Origin: an uncultured delta proteobacterium
Lineage (GTDB): Bacteria > Myxococcota_A > Polyangia > Polyangiales > B10-G4
Assembly (NCBI GenBank): GCA_963727445.1
Contig: CAVSGI010000021.1
Span: 288,001-352,000, forward strand
Direction of reading: 5' to 3'
Length of the DNA: 64,000 bases
Part shown: positions 13,354 to 21,871 of the stretch, in pieces
How positions within the stretch are numbered: position 1 is the stretch's first letter
Layout: every line of letters begins with the position of its first letter
The notes under the pieces: model-generated
Database searches by the model: none
What the model was told of the DNA's origin: nothing
What the model saw: only the letters and a program-made list of their open reading frames with translations
Translations under genes and position numbers: made by a program

Positions 13354-14277
13354 TCAGGAAAAGGCGTGTGAAAGCGATTCGATGGCGCTGCGCCGGAACT
13401 CGGGCATGAAGAGGTAGGGAAGGGTGATCCGCGGTACCGCGAGCTCCTTCGACAGGCGCGCGATCGCCTCCGCCTGCACGCGCTCGCGCACCGCGCGCGC
13501 CCGCGCCGCTTCCGCGAGGTCCCGGATGGGGGAGTCGTCGGGCAGGCCCTTCGACAGCGCGATGGCGCGCTGTCGCTCGCTGCCGTCGAAGAGGGTGGGA
13601 TAGACGCCGTTGACCACCAGGCGTGTCACGGGCATCCGAAGCTCGTTGCGGAGCGCCTGATGGAGCTCGAGGGTCTCGTTGACCGGCATGTCCTCCGGGA
13701 GGGTGACCAGGACCGTTCCACCCCGATCGGGATCGCGGAAGAGCTCGAGGGCCGCCTCGGCTTGGTGGCGCAACAGCCCTGGCGGTGACACGTCGGTGAT
13801 CACCTGCGGAACGCGGAGCATCTCGAGGCCGTGGCCGGTCGCGGGCGCGTCCAGGATCACGAGGTCGTAGCGTTTGCGTCCGGTCTCGTCGACTTCCTTG
13901 GTGTGATAGAAGGCCTTGCCCAGCATCGACCACGACTCGAGGCCGGGCGTCCCGCGCAGGAAGGCGGCGACGAAGCGGTTGTCGAAGATCGCCTTGTAGA
14001 CGCTGCGCACCTTGAGGACGATCATCCCGTACTCCTCGAGGGCGTAGCGGGGCACCATGTTCACGGCGTCGATGTTCGGCCCGATCGCCTGGTTGTGAGC
14101 GCCGACGGGATCGACCTCGAGCAGGTAGCTCAGCCGCTCCTTGGCGTTGCACATCGCCAGAAGGACGCGCTTGCCCTTGCGCGCGGCCGCCAGCGCGAGG
14201 GCAGCGCTGACGGTGGTCTTGCCAGCTCCCCCCTTGCCGACGACGAAGACGAATGATCGGTCGAAGAGGTCCGACAT
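13354..14277 (-). CDS. ArsA/Get3-family ATPase
   Basis: GKGGAGKTT deviant Walker A, DAPATGH, TLPEDMPVNET, VVNG. Confidence 0.85.
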   Translation of the reverse strand: MSDLFDRSFVFVVGKGGAGKTTVSAALALAAARKGKRVLLAMCNAKERLSYLLEVDPVGAHNQAIGPNIDAVNMVPRYALEEYGMIVLKVRSVYKAIFDNRFVAAFLRGTPGLESWSMLGKAFYHTKEVDETGRKRYDLVILDAPATGHGLEMLRVPQVITDVSPPGLLRHQAEAALELFRDPDRGGTVLVTLPEDMPVNETLELHQALRNELRMPVTRLVVNGVYPTLFDGSERQRAIALSKGLPDDSPIRDLAEAARARAVRERVQAEAIARLSKELAVPRITLPYLFMPEFRRSAIESLSHAFS

Positions 14278-14299
14278 CGGGTGCGCGCACCTTAGCAGG

Positions 14300-14827
14300 T
14301 TAATTGTGCTCAGGGGCTTCGCCGTAATTGTGCTCAGGGGCTTCGCCGTAATTGTGCTCGGTGCTCAGGGGCTTCGCCCCTGAGGACCCCAGGGGGCTAC
14401 GCCCCCTTGTCGGCCGCATGGAAGCGGCCTCTCACGTCTGCCCGCCCAGTGTGGAACAGATGGGCTCGCTGCACTTCATGGCAACGAACTGATGGTCTAC
14501 GGGCAGCGTTCGGACCCCCACTCGGCGCCTGCGGCGCCGGGTCGCGGCCTGCGGCCGCTCCGGGGTGTTGGCTAACGTCGTGTCCTCGAGCCGGTCACCT
14601 GGACGGAGTGGAGCGTTGCGAAGCAACGCGACCCGGGCGCCGTCAGGCGCCCGAGAAGGGGGGACGAACGCTGCCCGTAGAGGTCCCGGCGAATTCGAGA
14701 GCGACCCTCTGAGTCAGTCTCAACCACTTCAGACGGGCAGACGTGAGAGCGAGCGCGAAGCGCGAGCGACACGGGGGAATCCTTTCCCCCGGGGGTCCTC
14801 AGGGGCGAAGCCCCTGAGCACAATTAA
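14300..14827. mobile_element. Non-coding nested inverted-repeat element (MITE/REPIN-like) flanked by TTAA
   Basis: Terminal IR gttaattgtgctcaggggcttcgcccctgaggacccc (left copy interrupted by tandem duplication); perfect internal IRs 14429-14444/14734-14749 and 14496-14512/14665-14681. Confidence 0.7.
14301..14359. repeat. 24-bp tandem repeat taattgtgctcaggggcttcgccg, about 2.5 copies
   Basis: Copies at 14301-14324, 14325-14348 and partial 14349-14359. Confidence 0.95.
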
Positions 14828-14829
14828 CA

Positions 14830-14854
14830 ATGCCCCGGGCAAAGCCCGGGGCAT
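14830..14854. terminator. GC-rich hairpin atgccccgggc-aaa-gcccggggcat, probable terminator of the DUF2330 gene
   Basis: Perfect 11-bp stem about 75 nt past the stop at 14931; only a weak T tail (tgtt on minus strand). Confidence 0.55.
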
Positions 14855-14930
14855 CTGGGATGGAACGATTGTCTGTCTTGTTTGGGAACGGTCTCACGTG
14901 GCCTCGCCTCTCGGCGAAGCCGCGCGAGCT

Positions 14931-16245
14931 TCAACGACGCTTGCGACGCCGCGAAATCAGGAGAAGGCCACCGGCCGCGAAGAGTCCGGCGAAGAAGAGC
15001 GAGCCCTCGTCGTTCGCCGCGCCGATGGAGCAGCCGCTGCGGGCGCCGCTGGTGCGGGTGCCGCCGGTGGGGATGCCGAGGATGCCGCCGGGATCGGTGC
15101 ACATGGTGGGGCAGGAGGGCTCATCGGGGCGATTCAGCTCGCGGCTGACGTTGATGTAGTTGCTCACGTCGCCGCCGGTGGACGCCTCGAGGATCAGGTC
15201 CTCGTCGAGGAACGCCGGGGCGAGGTCCGTGCGGAGGCGAGTCAGGTACGGCGCCGAGAGACCCTCGACGGCGATCGCGTAGTCCGCCATGGCGTAGCTG
15301 ATCTCCCCGTCGTCGCCGTAGCTCTGATAGCTGGAGACCTGATAGCTCCACTGCGCGTCGGGCTGGGCGTACTCCGTGATCCAGGCGCGGCCGCCCGCGT
15401 CCTCGAGGGTCTGGGCGAAGACGTCGAGGTAGTTGAAGCTCCGCGTGTCCCAGTCGTAGGCGAGGCGGCTCTGGTCGATCTCGCGCACGTCGAAGTTCGA
15501 GGCGCCATAGCGACCCTCCCCGATGATGTAGAGGTCGAGGCCCACCGAGTCCTGCACGCCCGCGCCCACCATGCGGAGCGGGAAGACCGGCATCATGCCC
15601 GGCGTGGTGACGCGCACCGGCTGCATCTGATTGACGCCGGCGTTCGGCGACAGGCGCAGCACGGCGAAGTTCAAGCCCTGCTCGACGTAATAGGCGATCA
15701 TCGGCAGCGTGGCGTCGGGCACGGCGTAGCCGTGATCCTGGAGCCACGTGATGAGCGCGGTCGGATCGTCGGAGCCGATGGTCGCGGTCTCGTAGGGGCC
15801 GACGACCGCTTCTCCGTACACCGTCACGGCTGCATCCCCTGCGAAGCCTGCGTCAGCCGCGGCGCTCGGCGAGCCAGCGAAGCCGCCGCACGGGTCGGGG
15901 CAGAAGGTACGAAGCGGCGGGAAGGTGCCCGTGAGGTTCACCTGGCTGACCTGGGAGAGCGCTTCGAAGAAGGCGTTGTCAGCGACCTCCACCAGCACCT
16001 CGCCCTGAATCGGGAGCACCCACACGAAGTCGTCGGGGTTGCCGGCGTACTCGATCTGATCCCAGAGCGTGGTCTGGGCTGGTGTGAGCGAGACCGCCAT
16101 CCGATGCGCGGTGACGACCGTGACCGAGTCGGTCGGTCCGAAGCATCCGCCGCAGGCCGCCGCCTCTTGGACCGAGACCATCCACGAGGCCGCCGTGATG
16201 GCGGTCAGGACAGAGAGAAAAGTACCGATCTCGAGCGAGCTTCAT
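14931..16245 (-). CDS. DUF2330-domain protein with MYXO-CTERM-like tail; +1 frameshift in the signal peptide near 16230
   Basis: ACGGCF, FVWVLP, VGPYE, YLTRL motifs; tail GCSIG..TM..RRRKRR; GGAGG RBS and ATG at 16245 are out of frame by one base. Confidence 0.8.
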
Positions 16246-16271
16246 TACGTTCCTCCAGCGCCTCGGGATAG

Positions 16272-16287
16272 AGCAATGGCCGGACCA
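16272..16287 (-). promoter_or_regulatory. Putative sigma54 -24/-12 promoter of the DUF2330 gene
   Basis: TGGTCCGGCCATTGCT (GG-N10-GC) positioned just upstream of the RBS. Confidence 0.6.
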
Positions 16288-16416
16288 AGAGAGAACCGCT
16301 GCAATTTCGAGAGACCCGGAGTTCGGCGATTGCGCCGAAATGTGTTATCTAGAGCCAAGGTGTGCCGTCATGTGCTTGGCTCGCTGCTCTCGCGTCGGGC
16401 GGCTAGGATGAACGCG

Positions 16417-18321
16417 ATGCGGAAGCTCGTTCTGCTCGTCGCCCTCCCCTGGCTGCTCGCCTGTGGGGACGACGAGGCGCCTCAGTGCACGACCTCCCTC
16501 GACTGCACGATCGGCGAGTGCGTGGAGGGGCGCTGTGTGGTCGACCCTCCACCCGACACGGGCGTGGCCGACACCGGCGTGCCGGACGGCCCGCCCGCCG
16601 TCGACGGGGGACCGGGCTTCGCCGGACCGGTGATCCGCTGGCCGTGGAACGGGGCCTACACCGGCGGTCTCCACGGCGCCGACGCCGAGGTGACCTATCC
16701 ACCCCTGCGTCCCGTCTTTCGTTGGGACGCGATCGCCGGCGCGGTCCGCTACCAGATCCAGCTCACGCGCGAGTGTGATCTCGAGCGCTACCGCACCTGC
16801 GCTTTCGACTCGCCGGAGGTGGACGAGTCTCTCCCCGAGACGGTCTATCGTCCCTCGGCGGACCTGCCGGTCTCGACCGAAATTCCCGTCGGCTCGCGTT
16901 ACTTTGCGCGTGTTCGCGCTTGCGACACGTCGGGGTGTGGCGAGTGGTCGCTGGTGCGCTACGTCGACGTCGGTCGAAGCGCTCAGGACTACGATGGCGA
17001 CGGCTACGCGGACACGCTGGTCGGCGCGCGTCGCCAGTCGGGGGTCGCTTCGAGCCAGGGATCGGTGTGGCTCTTTCGCGGCGGGCCGGACGGACCGACG
17101 GAGCCTGCCACCGAGCTGCCCGCGCCGGATCCCGAGATGGACGGCCTCTTCGGGATCGTCCTCGCCGCTCTCGGCGACATCGATGGCGACGGCTTCTCCG
17201 ATGCCGTCGTCGGGGCGCACGACGTGGACGGCGTCGACGTCGACTCGGGCCGCGCCTACGTCTACCAGGGCGGGCCCGACGGCCTGAACCCCGAGCCCAC
17301 GGTGCTGGATATACCCATGCCCCAAGCGATGGCGTTCTACGGACGCGGGGTGAGCGGTCTCGGCGACGTGAACGCCGACGGATACGCCGACTTCGCCGTC
17401 GGGGCTTACAACGTCGCCGGCGCGACCATGGGCGAGGGCCGAGCGTTCATCTATTACGGAAGCGCGCGGGGCGTGACGGCGCTGCCGGGCACGACCCTGG
17501 TCGCCACCGACCCGCAGACCAGCGAGGCCTTCGGCGTGCGCGTGGCCGCGGCGGGGGACGTCGACAGCGACGGCTTCGCCGACGTGCTGGTCTCTGCGTA
17601 CAACTGGGATCTCGACATGACCACGACCAACAACGGTCGCGCGCTGCTCTTCCTCGGGACCCAGGCCGGCGTATCGACCGCCCCTCACGCGATCCTTCAG
17701 AGCCCGTCGCCGGAGATGGGTGGCCAGTTCGGTTTCTCGGTGGCCGGTCTCGGGGACGTGAACGGCGACACCTTCGGCGAGGTGATCGTGAGCGCGCGCG
17801 GCGAGGGGGGCCGAGGGCGCGCTTACGTCTACGACGGCAGCTCCTCGGGCCTGATGGCGACTCCCTCGTGGACGACCGACGTACAGGCGGATTCTTCTCT
17901 GGAGTACGGATTCATCGTGGCGCCGGCCGGCGATCTCGACGGAGACGGACTCGCTGACGCCGTCGTCACGGCGCGTCTCGACGACACGGCGACGCCCAAC
18001 GAGGGCCGCGCCTGGGTCTTCGACGGGACGACCGGGGGCCTCTCGGCCATGCCTTCAGCCAGCCTGGTGGGCGAGCCCCGGGAGCAGGGGGCGCAGTTCG
18101 GCTTCGCCGCGAGCGGCGTGGGCGACACCAACGGCGACGGCTACGGGGATCTCTTCGTCGGCGCGGTCAATCAGGACATGGGGCAGGTGAACGAGGGCGT
18201 CGGCTACTGGTTTTTCGGCGGCGCCGATCCCGTCGCCAATCCAGCCGACGTCGTCTTCGACCACCCCGGCGACGGCACGGGCGCTCAGTTCGGCGGCTCG
18301 GTCGCGCTCACCCTACCGTGA
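16417..18321 (+). CDS. FG-GAP/integrin-alpha-type repeat lipoprotein
   Basis: Lipobox LLAC; about six GD(V/I/L)(N/D)GDG(F/Y).D..VGA repeats. Confidence 0.88.
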   Translation: MRKLVLLVALPWLLACGDDEAPQCTTSLDCTIGECVEGRCVVDPPPDTGVADTGVPDGPPAVDGGPGFAGPVIRWPWNGAYTGGLHGADAEVTYPPLRPVFRWDAIAGAVRYQIQLTRECDLERYRTCAFDSPEVDESLPETVYRPSADLPVSTEIPVGSRYFARVRACDTSGCGEWSLVRYVDVGRSAQDYDGDGYADTLVGARRQSGVASSQGSVWLFRGGPDGPTEPATELPAPDPEMDGLFGIVLAALGDIDGDGFSDAVVGAHDVDGVDVDSGRAYVYQGGPDGLNPEPTVLDIPMPQAMAFYGRGVSGLGDVNADGYADFAVGAYNVAGATMGEGRAFIYYGSARGVTALPGTTLVATDPQTSEAFGVRVAAAGDVDSDGFADVLVSAYNWDLDMTTTNNGRALLFLGTQAGVSTAPHAILQSPSPEMGGQFGFSVAGLGDVNGDTFGEVIVSARGEGGRGRAYVYDGSSSGLMATPSWTTDVQADSSLEYGFIVAPAGDLDGDGLADAVVTARLDDTATPNEGRAWVFDGTTGGLSAMPSASLVGEPREQGAQFGFAASGVGDTNGDGYGDLFVGAVNQDMGQVNEGVGYWFFGGADPVANPADVVFDHPGDGTGAQFGGSVALTLP

Positions 18322-19491
18322 GCGACGGATCGGGTCGCTCGCTTCGAGACGAAGCGCGCCCGATTCAGACGGAAGCGCGCGCTCCATCTCCACCAGGTCA
18401 CCGCGCATCAGGTCCGCGAAGTCCGCGTTCGCCTCGTTGCGATCGCGCTTCATCAAGCGGAGGCGAACCAACGCGCCATCGCCGCAGACGAAGACCTCTC
18501 GCTTGCCCTTCGAGGCCAGCACCTCGCTCACCACGCGATAGCCGCGTGCCTCGGGCCCCGCGATCCCGCGTGCGCTCTGCCCGTCGCAGCGCAGCGTGAG
18601 GTAGGCGAAGGTGCGGCGCGAGCGGCGGAGCCCCGCGCGCCGGGCGATCTCGGCGAGCGGTCCTTCGAGCTCGCCCCCGAGCTCCGCGTGACACCAATCG
18701 CGCTCGTTCGCGAGCATCGGGCAGGGCGCAGGGCTCACGCAGGGCGCGAAGATGCCGAGCGCGCCTCCTCGCTTCGCGATCGCATCCCGCGTGCGCTGAA
18801 CGAAGCGCGCCTCGTCGCGGAGGGCCGGTTCGAGCACGACCATGGCGCCCTCGGGCGACAGCACGTCACCCAGGCGGGCGAGGAGCAGCGCGGCATCCTC
18901 CGGTGAGCGCCCGCGCGCCCACTCGTTGAGGGAGAGGCCGAGGAGGATCAGATCGAAGGGGCCCTTCGGCGCGGCGCGGTCGAGGCTCTGGACCCGGGTC
19001 TCGACACGGAGACCGGCGAAGTCCTCCGCCGGCAGCTTCGCGGCGAGGGATTCGAAGATCGCGAGGCCTTCGGCCCACAGGTCGACCGCCGTCACCGAGA
19101 GCTCGTCGGCGAGGTCGACAGCGCGTGCAAATCGCGCGACACCGACAGAGGTCGTCCCGAGGCCGGCGCCCAGGTCGAGCACACGCCAGCTCCGGTCCCG
19201 CGGCAACAGGCCCGCACGCTGGAGCTCGAAGAGAGGGAGCGCCACCTTGGGAAGGTCCCGCGGCATGAAGAAGCGCAGGCGCGCGGCCACGAGCCGCGTC
19301 CGGTCCTCCTCCCCGATCTCCGCGCGCCGCTGCGTGTAGAGCTCGCTCAGCGCCCGGACCTCCCTCGCAAGCGCTTCGCCGGTGGCGTCCGAGGCCCCGA
19401 GCGCCCGCCGCGCCACACCGTCGATCACCGTGAAAAGCAGTGCTGGGACGCGCCCTGCCGGAATCTTCTCTTCCGCGGTTGGTTTAGCCAT
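18313..19491 (-). CDS. Rsm22-like SAM-dependent methyltransferase
   Basis: VLDLGAGLG; APC....CP.....WCH; SKGK...VC. Confidence 0.75.
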   Translation of the reverse strand: MAKPTAEEKIPAGRVPALLFTVIDGVARRALGASDATGEALAREVRALSELYTQRRAEIGEEDRTRLVAARLRFFMPRDLPKVALPLFELQRAGLLPRDRSWRVLDLGAGLGTTSVGVARFARAVDLADELSVTAVDLWAEGLAIFESLAAKLPAEDFAGLRVETRVQSLDRAAPKGPFDLILLGLSLNEWARGRSPEDAALLLARLGDVLSPEGAMVVLEPALRDEARFVQRTRDAIAKRGGALGIFAPCVSPAPCPMLANERDWCHAELGGELEGPLAEIARRAGLRRSRRTFAYLTLRCDGQSARGIAGPEARGYRVVSEVLASKGKREVFVCGDGALVRLRLMKRDRNEANADFADLMRGDLVEMERALPSESGALRLEASDPIRRSR

Positions 19492-19528
19492 GGGCCCGCC
19501 GCCCATGCTAGCGTGCGGGATCGCCGGG

Positions 19529-20245
19529 ATGGGCAAGAACGAAACGTCTGGGACTCCACTGGGCTGGACCATTCTCGCGGTCCTGACAGCCATCGCGCTC
19601 TTCGTCGACCTGTGGGCGATCTTCTTCTTCGCGCCCGTCGAGATGCAGATGGGCGTCGTGCAGAAGATCTTCTATTTCCACGTCCCGAGCGCCTATGCGA
19701 TGTACGTCGCCTTCGTCGTCTCCGCGATCGGAAGCGCCGTCTATCTCGTGAAGCGCAAGCCGGCGGCCGACGCCTGGGCCGTGGCCGGCGCCGAGGTGGG
19801 GATGGTCTTCTGCGTCGCCATGCTGGTCACCGGTCCGCTCTGGGCCCGCAAGGCCTGGGGCGTGTGGTGGACCTGGGACCCGCGGCTGACCACCACGCTC
19901 CTGGCCGGGATGATCTTCGCCGCCTATCTGGCGCTTCGATCCTTCGGCGCCGCCGGAGAGGTGGAGAAGCGCTTCGCCGCCGGCCTCGCGGTCCTCGGGA
20001 TCCTCGACCTGCCGATCATCCACTACAGCGTCCAGCGCTGGCGTGGACAGCACCCCACCGTCATCACCAACAAGGGTGGTGGTCTTCACCCCGACATGCT
20101 GACGACGCTGCTCATCAGCATCGTCGCGTTCACCTTCCTGGTCGCGCTCCTGCTCTGGACGCGTGCGCGCCTCGAGAAGCAGCGCGCAGAGGTGAAGGAG
20201 ATCGAGCTCGAAGCCGCGCAGCGCGGCCTTCTGGAGGACGCCTGA
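19529..20245 (+). CDS. ccmC: Heme exporter protein C / cytochrome c biogenesis protein
   Basis: IFYFHVP, TGPLWARKAWGVWWTWDPRLT (WWD motif), HP. Confidence 0.92.
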   Translation: MGKNETSGTPLGWTILAVLTAIALFVDLWAIFFFAPVEMQMGVVQKIFYFHVPSAYAMYVAFVVSAIGSAVYLVKRKPAADAWAVAGAEVGMVFCVAMLVTGPLWARKAWGVWWTWDPRLTTTLLAGMIFAAYLALRSFGAAGEVEKRFAAGLAVLGILDLPIIHYSVQRWRGQHPTVITNKGGGLHPDMLTTLLISIVAFTFLVALLLWTRARLEKQRAEVKEIELEAAQRGLLEDA

Positions 20246-20574
20246 TGCGTGCGCTCACCCGTTCCCTCATGCTGGCGCTCACCCTGAGCTTCGCCGCGGC
20301 GCCCCTCGCCTTCGCGCAGGATCAGGAACCGGACGCGGAAGCGACTGATCCGGAAGAGGAGCGCGCCACGGAGTTCCGTGCGGTCGAAGGGCCGGTCACG
20401 GAGGACGTGCCGGGGGGCGCCCTGCTGATCACCGCGTACGCCGCCATCTGGATCCTGGTCTTCGGCTACGTCTTCCGTTTGGGTCGCATGTCGGCTCGGA
20501 CCGCGGCCGACGTGCGGCGACTCGAGCGCAGCCTCGCCGATTCGGCGGGTGACGCGAAGACCGACGAGGGCTGA
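20245..20574 (+). CDS. ccmD: CcmD-family protein with N-terminal signal/extension
   Basis: Coupled to ccmC (TGATG); AYAAIWILVFGYV TM followed by charged helix. Confidence 0.65.
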   Translation: MRALTRSLMLALTLSFAAAPLAFAQDQEPDAEATDPEEERATEFRAVEGPVTEDVPGGALLITAYAAIWILVFGYVFRLGRMSARTAADVRRLERSLADSAGDAKTDEG

Positions 20575-20575
20575 G

Positions 20576-20704
20576 TTGCCCAGCATCGAGCACATCATCT
20601 ACATCCCGGGGATTCTCCTCGTCGGCCTCGCCCTGGGCTTCCGCCTCGGAGCGCGGGCTGCACGCGCCGAGCTCGAGCGTCAGGAGAAGGCCCGCCGCGA
20701 ATAG
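20576..20704 (+). CDS. 42-aa single-TM small protein (MPSIEHIIYIPGILLVGLALGFRLGARAARAELERQEKARRE)
   Basis: Fills the ccmD-acyl-CoA dehydrogenase gap; TTG start, GC3-rich codons; absent from the ORF track. Confidence 0.65.
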   Translation: MPSIEHIIYIPGILLVGLALGFRLGARAARAELERQEKARRE

Positions 20705-20722
20705 CAGCCAAGGACAACGGAC

Positions 20723-21871
20723 ATGATGGATTTCGCCCTCACCGACGAGCAGAAAGCGCTCGTCGAAAACACCAGAAAGTTCGTCAAGGACCGCATCATT
20801 CCGGTCGCCGCCGAGTGTGACCAGAAGTCGAAGTTCCCGATGGACGTCTTCGAGGAGGCGTGGGAGCTCGGGCTCTCGGCGCCGATCATCCCCGAGGCCT
20901 ACGGCGGCGCGGGCCTGAGCGAGATCGACCACGTGCTCCTCACCGAGGAGCTCGCCTACGGCTGCTCCGGGATCCAGACCTCCCTCACCGCCAACACCCT
21001 GGCTTCGACCCCGCTGATCATCGCTGGCACCGAGGAGCAGAAGAAGAAGTACCTGGGGATGCTCACCGCCGACAAGGTGTGCGCCGCCTACGCCATCACC
21101 GAGCCCGCGGCCGGGAGCGACGCGGCGGGGATCCTCTGCACCGCGAAGCAGGTCGGCGACGAGTGGGTGCTGAACGGCACCAAGCACTTCATCACCAACG
21201 CCTCCTTCGCCCAGTGGTACGTGATCTTCGCCACCACCGACCCGAAGCTCCGGCACAAGGGCATCATGGCGTTCGTTGTCGACCGCGACACGCCCGGTCT
21301 CTCCCTCGGCAAGAAGGAGGACAAGATGGGCCAGCGCGCGAGCGACACCGCGACGGTGATCCTCGAGGACGCCCGGGTGCCGAACGCGAACGTGCTCGCG
21401 CCGGCCGGTGAGGGCTTCAAGGTCGCGATGCAGACCTTCGACCGGACTCGTCCGGACATCGGCGCCGGGGCCTGCGGCATCATGCGCCGCGCCCTCGACG
21501 AGTCGGTGGCGTATGCGCTCGAGCGAAAGACATTCGGCACGCCGATCGCCAACCACCAGATGGTGCAGACCATGATCGCCGACATGGCGATCGCCTACGA
21601 GGCGACCCGCCTCTTGGTGCACAAAGCGGCGTGGATGATCGATCAGGGCGGGAAGAACTCGGTCGTCGCCAGTTACAGCAAGGCCTTCGGCGCCGACAGC
21701 TGCATGAAGGTCACCACCGACGCGGTGCAGGTCTTCGGCGGAGTCGGCTACATGAAGGACTTCCCGGTCGAGAAGCTGATGCGTGACGCGAAGATCCTCC
21801 AGATCTACGAAGGCACCTCTCAGGTGCAGCGCATGGTCATCGCCAGGAACGTGTTCAAGGGCATTCGTTGA
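20723..21871 (+). CDS. Acyl-CoA dehydrogenase
   Basis: AITEPAAGSD, NGTKHFITN, KEDKMGQRAS, QIYEGTSQVQR. Confidence 0.95.
   Translation: MMDFALTDEQKALVENTRKFVKDRIIPVAAECDQKSKFPMDVFEEAWELGLSAPIIPEAYGGAGLSEIDHVLLTEELAYGCSGIQTSLTANTLASTPLIIAGTEEQKKKYLGMLTADKVCAAYAITEPAAGSDAAGILCTAKQVGDEWVLNGTKHFITNASFAQWYVIFATTDPKLRHKGIMAFVVDRDTPGLSLGKKEDKMGQRASDTATVILEDARVPNANVLAPAGEGFKVAMQTFDRTRPDIGAGACGIMRRALDESVAYALERKTFGTPIANHQMVQTMIADMAIAYEATRLLVHKAAWMIDQGGKNSVVASYSKAFGADSCMKVTTDAVQVFGGVGYMKDFPVEKLMRDAKILQIYEGTSQVQRMVIARNVFKGIR

Noticed and set aside
14301..14390. Possible CRISPR array
   Set aside because: Repeats are directly adjacent with no unique spacers, and there are no cas genes in the window
14565..16271. 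Long antisense or alternate-frame ORFs (also 4749-7469, 10351-13371, 30662-32974, 45205-47370, 50615-53011)
   Set aside because: Shadow ORFs typical of high-GC DNA; they overlap genes with clear motifs and have Arg/Gly/Ala-biased, motif-free translations
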